The notes under the pieces: generated by a model
Told to the model about the DNA's origin: nothing
What the model saw: the letters and a program-made list of their open reading frames with translations, nothing else
Databases searched by the model: none
Shown: positions 56,770 through 64,000 of the stretch, in pieces
How the letters are laid out: the number at the start of each line of letters is the position of its first letter
How positions within the stretch are numbered: the first letter of the stretch is position 1
Virus record (IMG/VR): IMGVR_UViG_3300035670_000026
Span: 32,001-96,000 of that record
DNA from: a virus
Reading direction: 5' to 3' (one strand)
Length of the DNA: 64,000 nt
Program-made: the position numbers and the translations under genes

Positions 56770-58733
56770 TGCCTTTAATCGATTTAAAGACTGACTTAAA
56801 GTCCCTGCGATATGGGAAGGATACTCTTGGAGGAGGGTATAGTGGACAACCCTATATTCAAACTCCAATTCCTGATGGCTTTAATGATTTAGGACCACGT
56901 GAAGATTTTATTTTAAGGGGAGGTGTAAACGCAATAGAAGATTCTCTTACTGACGTTAAACGCTTAACTAAAATGTTTATAGACACTAAATCACCAAATG
57001 GTTTATTGTTTATAGCAAAGCAACAGCTATTATCTCGTACAGCAGTTCGTACTCAAACAAGTGGTATTTTAAATGAAGGTATTTATTCCCCATTAAATAC
57101 ATTAGCTCAAGCCGGTGTTATAGCGTTTGGTACACATTTAAATAAACAAGGTATAAATCCGTTTGCCCAAACGGGAGCATATGCTAACAACAATTCTTTA
57201 TACGGTACTAGAGTTAAATCTACTCAACCTAATATTGAAAACAGATTAGTTAAATTATATAATGCTGTATCTGGTTCTACAATAGGTAATGACAATGGTA
57301 TAAAACTAAATGATGGTCAAAATGTTATAGTTTATACAGGAGGCCCTGGTTCTATTTTAGGAATAGGAAATACTGGTATAAGATATGTTGATAATATTAA
57401 CAGAACAGGTTTAAATAATTATCAAGCTAAATCCCCTACATTAAAACCTTATTTTGAAGGTAAAGCTCCAAAAATTGTAACTCCTGGAGATTATTTAAAA
57501 ACTATAGGAGATGCTATAAGTGATAAAGGTGTTTCTGGAAAATATTTAAGATTAACAGGAGATCGTTTAATTAATGCTTTTAATAGTGAAGGTAAACCTG
57601 TAGATGACTATTTTCATAATGTATATGAACCTGCTACTGAAGGTAATACATGGCCTGTAAATACTCCTTTAATTTACGCTAATAATACCTTTACTTATAA
57701 TCAAGAAGATATTATATCTACTGAAAATAATGTAGGTAAATTAGACGGTAGTCCAAGAACTCAAGATTTTAGAGCTATTTTAAGAACTAAATTACAAGGT
57801 ACTCAAAAGACTAAAGCAGAACAAACAGGCGCTACACCCGATGCTCCTAATTACAATACAAAAAACATAGAAAATAGAGTATTATTAGGAGACCCAGGTC
57901 AACGCTCAGGAAAAAGCTATGTTAATTATGAAAAAGGAGTTCAAACAATAAATGGATCTTCTATTTATTCTTCAATAGACATTGCTGGAATAGGATCATA
58001 CCAACCAGGATTAGATAAAATTACATCTATTCCTGTATATAGAAGTGAAAATGTAGCTTCTGAAAAATATGTAAATGATTTAGTTAAATTTAGAATTGCT
58101 ATTATAGATAATGATTCTCCTAATTTTAAAACATTCATACATTTTAGAGCATTTTTAGATTCAATGTCAGATTCTTACTCATCTACATGGAATGGATTTA
58201 ATTATTTAGGAAGAGGTGAACAATTTTACACTTATGGTGGGTTTACTCGACAAATGTCATTATCTTGGACAGTTGTTGCTCAGTCAAAGCAAGAACTTAT
58301 TCCAATGTATAAAAAATTAAATTATCTTGCCTCATCACTTACCCCAGATTATAGTCCAAATGGGTATATGAGAGGTAATTTAGTACAATTAACAATAGGT
58401 GGTTATGTTTATGAACAACCTGGTTTTATAACTGCTTTAACATATGATGTACCAAGTGAATCACCTTGGGAAATTGGTTTAGGTTCTAGTGAAGCTGGAA
58501 ATGAGGATTCCTCAGTTAAGGAATTACCACACATGATTAAAGTAACAGGATTTAGCTTTACCCCAATCCAAAGATTTATCCCAAGACTTCAAAATAATAC
58601 TTACGCATTTAATAATAACACAACAGGAAGTGTTGAAGATGATTTTGGATTTGTAAGTACCTATGGTCCTGAAAGATATATTGCTCTAGCTAATGGTGCA
58701 AATACTGTAAATAATAATTATGATAGTAATTAA
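56769..58733 (+). CDS. baseplate protein with a C-terminal tube-like (tail tube initiator) domain
   Basis: FRAFL..SDSYS..W....YLGRGE.FYTY.GF.R; synteny. Confidence 0.6.
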   Translation: MPLIDLKTDLKSLRYGKDTLGGGYSGQPYIQTPIPDGFNDLGPREDFILRGGVNAIEDSLTDVKRLTKMFIDTKSPNGLLFIAKQQLLSRTAVRTQTSGILNEGIYSPLNTLAQAGVIAFGTHLNKQGINPFAQTGAYANNNSLYGTRVKSTQPNIENRLVKLYNAVSGSTIGNDNGIKLNDGQNVIVYTGGPGSILGIGNTGIRYVDNINRTGLNNYQAKSPTLKPYFEGKAPKIVTPGDYLKTIGDAISDKGVSGKYLRLTGDRLINAFNSEGKPVDDYFHNVYEPATEGNTWPVNTPLIYANNTFTYNQEDIISTENNVGKLDGSPRTQDFRAILRTKLQGTQKTKAEQTGATPDAPNYNTKNIENRVLLGDPGQRSGKSYVNYEKGVQTINGSSIYSSIDIAGIGSYQPGLDKITSIPVYRSENVASEKYVNDLVKFRIAIIDNDSPNFKTFIHFRAFLDSMSDSYSSTWNGFNYLGRGEQFYTYGGFTRQMSLSWTVVAQSKQELIPMYKKLNYLASSLTPDYSPNGYMRGNLVQLTIGGYVYEQPGFITALTYDVPSESPWEIGLGSSEAGNEDSSVKELPHMIKVTGFSFTPIQRFIPRLQNNTYAFNNNTTGSVEDDFGFVSTYGPERYIALANGANTVNNNYDSN

Positions 58734-59032
58734 TGAACAGATATCAAAACATACCGAAAACAAAAATTGAAGGAAATTTAGTATATCAAACATCAAGATA
58801 TCCTGAGGTACCTTTATCATCAAATGATATCTATGTTTATACTACTATAGGTGATAGGTTTGATACTTTATCTCAACAATATTATGGTAATAGTTCTTTG
58901 TGGTGGGTTATTTCAATTGCTAATACTGATAAAGTAAACCAAAGTACTTTAATAATTCCTGAAGGATTACAAATACGAATCCCAGCAAATTATTCTATCA
59001 TTGTTCAAGATTTTAATATAATAAACGCTTAA
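58733..59032 (+). CDS. LysM-like baseplate protein (gp53/tail X-like)
   Basis: GDRFDTLSQQYYGNSSLWWVISIAN..G.QIRIP. Confidence 0.85.
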   Translation: MNRYQNIPKTKIEGNLVYQTSRYPEVPLSSNDIYVYTTIGDRFDTLSQQYYGNSSLWWVISIANTDKVNQSTLIIPEGLQIRIPANYSIIVQDFNIINA

Positions 59033-59033
59033 T

Positions 59034-61883
59034 ATGGCTAACATAGTAGGGGAAGGTTTTAATCCAATAATTATAAGTCAAATAAAACAACGACAAAAAA
59101 TCTATGGTGCTAGTGATAGAGATAATCAAATATTATCTTTTTTACAAGCTCGAACAGGTTGGTGTAAGATGGTTTCATCTGTTGATGTAACATCTCCAGT
59201 TAGAGGAATACCTTATAGTGGAACTGAATTAGCTTCAAGATTTGTTTTATTTAATGGAACTACAAATGAATCACCTACTAGAGGAGCCCAAGAAACTTAT
59301 CAAAGAGGTGGTATATGGCCTGGTGTAGGAGATTTTAATAATTATGCTTATGGTATGGGAGGTACAGCATTTGGTTTAAATCCAATGCCTGGTATTACTC
59401 AAGCTACTATCAAAACCGAAACTAGAGGTTCATTAAAAACAGCTACTATTAATATTAGAGCAAATAATAGAAATCAATTTGATATTATTGATGTTTTATA
59501 TTTGCGTTTAGGATATTCAATGTTATTAGAATGGGGTAATAGTTCATATTATGATAATAATAATGTTTATATAACTGATAATCCTCATAGTTTAGCAGAT
59601 GATTTTTTAACTGGTAAAGTAAAATACAATAATTATTATTCTAAAATATCTTCTAAAATAGAAGCATCTTGTGGAAACTACGATGCTATTATAGGAAAAG
59701 TAGTTAATTTTACTTGGACATTTACAAAAGAAGGAACTTATGATATTACTGTAACTTTAAGAAGTTTAGGTGATGTTATAGAATCATTAAAAACAAATGC
59801 TCTTTTACCTGGTGGCACCTCAGAAAATACATCAGGCACCTCAGGTACAGCAGGTACATCAGGTACTGCGGGGGTTGCCGGTCCTCCACCTGAACCAACC
59901 CCAGAAGATGTAATTAAATCTTTTGCAAATGTACATCAAATAGGAAAAAAACTTTACAACTTACAACAAAAACTTCAACCTTTAGGAGCAACTGAAGCTG
60001 GTATTTCTAGATTAACAGGAACTAATTCTTCGGATACTATTGCTTTTAGACAACAATATGAAGGAAGCCCAGCTCAATATTATGTTAGATTAGGATATTT
60101 CTTAGAATATATTCAAAATACTATCCTTCCATATATTGATACTCCTGATGTTCCTATTCAAAAAATAGATACTAATGTAGAGTCTAATATTATTTATTTA
60201 ATGGCTCGCCAAATTAGTACTAATCCTGGAATTTGTATTTTTAATAAAGTTTTTGATACTCCTAATGGATTTATAGAGTTTGCAGCAGGAACAAATAATT
60301 TTATAGTTTCAGCACCCAACGGTAAAAATCAATATGGTAAGATAATGAATGCATATTTTAATATGCAATATATTCTTACTCAAATGGATTCATTAAAAAA
60401 TGAAGATGGTAAAGTTCCATTGTATGATTTATTAAATTGTTTATGTCAAGGATGGAATAATGCAACTGGTAATTTTAATAAATTAGAACCTACTGTTGAT
60501 GCAGACGAAAGTATTATTAGATTTACAGATGAAGTTGTCCTCCCAGATAGAGATTCATGGTTAGGAAAACAAGGAAAATCAACAGAATTAGCTTCATTTG
60601 ATGTTTATGGATATTATTATGGGAAAGGTGATGATGGATATCTTAAAGGCCAATCCCATGCTGGTTTTATTAGAGATTTAAGTTTTAATACTACAATTCC
60701 ACCTAATTTAGCAACTATGATTACTATAGGTGCTACCTCAAATGGATATGTAGTAGGACAAGATTCAACAGCTTTATCTCGTATGAATGCTGGTTTAGAT
60801 GATAGATTTAAAAAAACTATTAAAACACACCAAGATACTAATACAACTGGAAGTGGTTCAATTAATGAAAATTATAAAGGTGCCCTAGAAGCATTTCAAG
60901 TATTTGCTCGTGATTTAGGTTCTTATAAAGGTACTGTAAAACCAAAATGGAACCAAGAAGCAATTACTAATTTTACTAATACTGCCGTTACATTTTACGA
61001 ATATGATCAAGCTAAACAATCATTAGAAGCTGCTGGATTAACTTCTGAAGAAGCTTCAGTATCAGCTCAGAAAAATGATTTTTCAATTTTGTCTACAAAA
61101 CCTGCTTCTCCAAACATTGGATTTTTACCATTTGATTTACAATTAACAATGGATGGACTTTCAGGAATGAAAGTTTACCAAAAATATGTAGCAGATTCTA
61201 GTTTTTTACCTTCAAACTATCCCACATCATTAGAATTTTTAATTAAAGGTATAACTAATAATATTCAAAATAATGAATGGACTACTACTTTAGAATCAAT
61301 TGCTGTACCTAAAAATCCATTTGGTTCTTCAATTGCTAAAGGTACTGTAGCAGCCGGTTCTGCAAGAGATACAAGTAGAGGTGCTGCTCCTACACCAACC
61401 GAATCTACACCAAACGCTGATAGATTAAGAACAATCTTAGCAAGTTTAGGGTACCGTGAAAAAGGTAGAGAATTATCTAACGGTGGAGATATTTCAAATG
61501 ATCTAGTAAATTATGCTGCTTCAGTATTTAGAGAAATTAAAAAACAATTTCCAAGTTTAATAATTACAGTAACTGGAGGTAATGATGCTTATCACCAAAG
61601 ATTATCTTATAAATCATCTCATACCTTAGGCCAAGGATTAGATTTTGTAATTTCTCCCCTAACAACAGCTAATAAAAATGCTGTTGATAAAATATTAGGT
61701 GGATTTGCAGCCGGTAACCAAAATAAAGTTGTTAGCTTTATTAATGAGTACGATTATCCATCATCAGCTGCAACTGCCGGTCATTTCCATATTAGAATAG
61801 GTGGTAAAATTGAAAGTAAAAGAATTGCTACATTTATAGCTCAAGCCGATAAAGGTCAATTAACAACATATCCAATAGTATAA
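59034..61883 (+). CDS. baseplate hub-like protein with a C-terminal M15-like Zn peptidase domain
   Basis: PMPGI, LRLGYSMLLEWG, YDAIIG.V.NF.W; C-terminal TGGND..H..SSH..G.GLD..GHFHI. Confidence 0.65.
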   Translation: MANIVGEGFNPIIISQIKQRQKIYGASDRDNQILSFLQARTGWCKMVSSVDVTSPVRGIPYSGTELASRFVLFNGTTNESPTRGAQETYQRGGIWPGVGDFNNYAYGMGGTAFGLNPMPGITQATIKTETRGSLKTATINIRANNRNQFDIIDVLYLRLGYSMLLEWGNSSYYDNNNVYITDNPHSLADDFLTGKVKYNNYYSKISSKIEASCGNYDAIIGKVVNFTWTFTKEGTYDITVTLRSLGDVIESLKTNALLPGGTSENTSGTSGTAGTSGTAGVAGPPPEPTPEDVIKSFANVHQIGKKLYNLQQKLQPLGATEAGISRLTGTNSSDTIAFRQQYEGSPAQYYVRLGYFLEYIQNTILPYIDTPDVPIQKIDTNVESNIIYLMARQISTNPGICIFNKVFDTPNGFIEFAAGTNNFIVSAPNGKNQYGKIMNAYFNMQYILTQMDSLKNEDGKVPLYDLLNCLCQGWNNATGNFNKLEPTVDADESIIRFTDEVVLPDRDSWLGKQGKSTELASFDVYGYYYGKGDDGYLKGQSHAGFIRDLSFNTTIPPNLATMITIGATSNGYVVGQDSTALSRMNAGLDDRFKKTIKTHQDTNTTGSGSINENYKGALEAFQVFARDLGSYKGTVKPKWNQEAITNFTNTAVTFYEYDQAKQSLEAAGLTSEEASVSAQKNDFSILSTKPASPNIGFLPFDLQLTMDGLSGMKVYQKYVADSSFLPSNYPTSLEFLIKGITNNIQNNEWTTTLESIAVPKNPFGSSIAKGTVAAGSARDTSRGAAPTPTESTPNADRLRTILASLGYREKGRELSNGGDISNDLVNYAASVFREIKKQFPSLIITVTGGNDAYHQRLSYKSSHTLGQGLDFVISPLTTANKNAVDKILGGFAAGNQNKVVSFINEYDYPSSAATAGHFHIRIGGKIESKRIATFIAQADKGQLTTYPIV

Positions 61884-61884
61884 A

Positions 61885-62547
61885 ATGTATTATCCTAAAT
61901 CTCAAATAAAGACTAATTTATACACTAATGGGGATGAGTATGTTATTGAATTAACCCAAACCCCCTATACAGGATATTATTACTTAACAAGTACAGGAAG
62001 AGCATTTACTGGAAGAACACCTGATGATAGACCAAATCAAGAATTAATTAAAGTTGAACCGGTAACAAAAGATGAAGGTGATTCTTCAACAGTAATAAGA
62101 CCCTCAACAGCTACTATTTTTTCATCTCATAATCCGGGAGCAATAGATGCAGTTACTTCTTTAGATTATAATTCGGCTTTAAATTATGCCCAATTAAAAA
62201 ATATAAACGTATATAATCCTCCAATTAAAATTTTACCTTATTATTCTCCAACCCAACCAACCCAACAAGATTATCAAAATGGAGAATTTCAAAGATATTT
62301 TTGTAAACAAACAAATCAAATTTCATATATTGAGATTAATCAAGAACAATTTGACAAATTAGTTGCTCAAGATCCTCAAATTGAATTTTCTCTTTATCAA
62401 CCATTTACTATAACTTGGATATTAACTGGAGATAAAGAACAAGTTACTCGTAATAATAAAAATATAGTTGAGTTAGCTATTTTTAGACAAAAACTACCTA
62501 AATTTGGAGATTACCTAAAATTTGATTATATTAAATACTATCAATAA
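61885..62547 (+). CDS. hypothetical baseplate-region protein
   Basis: MYYPKSQI, PT..DY..G...RYF. Confidence 0.7.
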   Translation: MYYPKSQIKTNLYTNGDEYVIELTQTPYTGYYYLTSTGRAFTGRTPDDRPNQELIKVEPVTKDEGDSSTVIRPSTATIFSSHNPGAIDAVTSLDYNSALNYAQLKNINVYNPPIKILPYYSPTQPTQQDYQNGEFQRYFCKQTNQISYIEINQEQFDKLVAQDPQIEFSLYQPFTITWILTGDKEQVTRNNKNIVELAIFRQKLPKFGDYLKFDYIKYYQ

Positions 62548-62560
62548 ATGGTTATAATAA

Positions 62561-63841
62561 ATGTTTTGGTTAATCGAGACTCAATCTCAAATTGAGTATT
62601 TAATAAATAGGCAATACAAAGAGGTATTTATAGAAATAGTACCTCATCATGATAAAGTACATCCTGCTTTAAATGATGTATCCTTAGTGTATTTTAGACC
62701 GTCTATAGAAACAAAAGGGTTTATGTTATGTATTGACCATAGCGAGACTTTAAGTATTAATAAGACACTAGTAAACACACTATTACAAGAAATAGAACAA
62801 TTATGGGTGCGTGATAAGAAAAATGCATTATACTATTTTCAAATTAAGAGCTTGCTCGATATAAACATACTTACGAATCCGTATATACCAGAACAAACTC
62901 CAACTCATACATATTTTTATAACAAATACCCGGATAACAAAGAAATTAACAAAATTATTCCGGTAGTTAAACATTATGAGGTATGTGAGAATATTTATAA
63001 TAAAGTAAAACCTCATTTTACAACGGATTTACCCTCGTATTTTGATTTTTACAACAACAAAACCACACTCGCATTCTTTGGAATCGAAAAAAATGGAGTA
63101 AATATAGATGAAACAATTTTTGAACAACATTTTAAACCTACAAAAGATTTCTACTCTATTAGTAACGGACGGGTTTATACAAATTACAACCTTTCTACAA
63201 CTACACGTAGACCAAGTAACTCTTTTAATGGCATTAATTTTGCCGCACTAAATAAGGATAATGGCGCAAGGGGGAGCTTCATATCGAGTCATGAGTTTGT
63301 GGAGCTTGATATTAGTGCATATCATCCTCATCTCGCTAGTCGCTTGGTTGCCTATGATTTTGGCGGTGTCGATGTCCACCAAGCGTTCGCAGATCTCTAC
63401 GGTACGAGCTACAAAGAAGCCAAAGAACTCACGTTTAAGCAACTATACGGAGGCGTATTTAAAGAGTATGAGCACCTTGAATTTTTTCAACAAATAAAGA
63501 AATTTATTGATAATAACTGGAAAGAGTTTAATAACTCGGGTCAAGTTATCGTGCCGAACTCAAGTTATTGCTTTAAAAAAAGCGAGCTGGATAATATGAA
63601 TCCACAAAAGCTATTTAATTATATTTTACAAAACTTGGAGACATCAACAAACGTTTGTATCTTAATGGAAATACATAAATTGTTAAGAGGTAAAAATACT
63701 AAGTTAGTATTATATACGTATGATAGTTTTTTATTCGATTACGATGCAGAAGAAAATTTAATGAATGATATAGAAAATGTATTTAAAAATAAAGGTTTAC
63801 AAATAAAGGTTAAAAATGGAAACAGTTACGATTTTGAATAG
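62561..63841 (+). CDS. short family A DNA polymerase-like protein
   Basis: TTRRPSN, motif A ELDISAYHP, motif B AKELTFKQLYGG, motif C YTYDS. Confidence 0.75.
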   Translation: MFWLIETQSQIEYLINRQYKEVFIEIVPHHDKVHPALNDVSLVYFRPSIETKGFMLCIDHSETLSINKTLVNTLLQEIEQLWVRDKKNALYYFQIKSLLDINILTNPYIPEQTPTHTYFYNKYPDNKEINKIIPVVKHYEVCENIYNKVKPHFTTDLPSYFDFYNNKTTLAFFGIEKNGVNIDETIFEQHFKPTKDFYSISNGRVYTNYNLSTTTRRPSNSFNGINFAALNKDNGARGSFISSHEFVELDISAYHPHLASRLVAYDFGGVDVHQAFADLYGTSYKEAKELTFKQLYGGVFKEYEHLEFFQQIKKFIDNNWKEFNNSGQVIVPNSSYCFKKSELDNMNPQKLFNYILQNLETSTNVCILMEIHKLLRGKNTKLVLYTYDSFLFDYDAEENLMNDIENVFKNKGLQIKVKNGNSYDFE

Positions 63842-64000
63842 TTATTATGATATTTATTGGGAGAAAACCCAACTAAATATTAAAGATTTGAACAACAAGT
63901 TATTTTGTACGTTTGTAGACGAAGAGTCACTTGACAGTATGGTTTCGAGCATATCGAAAACATATTCTATTATGTACAATAAAATGTTTGTGTTATTTGT
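63816..64000 (+). CDS. 3'-truncated hypothetical protein
   Basis: Open frame METVTILN..LNNKLFCTF..YNKMFVLF to the window end; alternative TTG start at 63888. Confidence 0.55.
   Translation, partial: METVTILNSYYDIYWEKTQLNIKDLNNKLFCTFVDEESLDSMVSSISKTYSIMYNKMFVLF

Noticed and set aside
62991-62999. ATATTTATA inside the polymerase gene
   Set aside because: No nearby downstream start; an occasional chance match is expected in AT-rich DNA.
63261-63497. Overlapping + strand ORF in a locally GC-richer stretch of the polymerase gene
   Set aside because: It covers polymerase motifs A and B in another frame, with no start context or recognisable product.
1-64000. Stop-codon reassignment, introns or inteins
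   Set aside because: Core genes (terminase, portal, capsid, sheath) are continuous and of ordinary length under the standard code, and TAA, TGA and TAG all appear as real stops.

Overview
This AT-rich window is the virion-morphogenesis region of a large T4-like myovirus, and every credible gene is on the + strand. The host is most likely Bacteroidota: starts are A-rich without Shine-Dalgarno sites, two promoters have the form TTG-N20-TATATTTA, and there is an Hc1-like protein. Gene order: (1) ~1-13.8 kb, a cluster of modular hypothetical proteins with shared N-terminal leaders and many [ILVM]-x-E sites, probably capsid-packaged cargo processed by the prohead protease; (2) 13.9-16.4 kb, a small metabolic module; (3) terminase, portal, prohead protease, scaffold and major capsid; (4) amidinotransferase-like, PSD-like decarboxylase and PhoH; (5) neck genes; (6) two giant Gly-Thr-Ser triplet-repeat fibre proteins, followed directly by two GT4 glycosyltransferases, an FkbM methyltransferase and an Aah/TibC-type protein O-glycosyltransferase; (7) sheath, tube, gp26-like chaperone with an unannotated +1-frame extension, tape measure and baseplate; (8) a short family A polymerase-like gene. 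An ATATTTATA motif precedes most late genes. The best candidate for a new system is phage-encoded glycosylation of the virion, involving the Ser/Thr triplet fibres, the glycosyltransferase cassette and a recurrent [ST]-[GA]-S motif in surface proteins. A second candidate is the modular capsid-cargo polyprotein cluster. All family calls come from recognising motifs by eye; no database searches were run.
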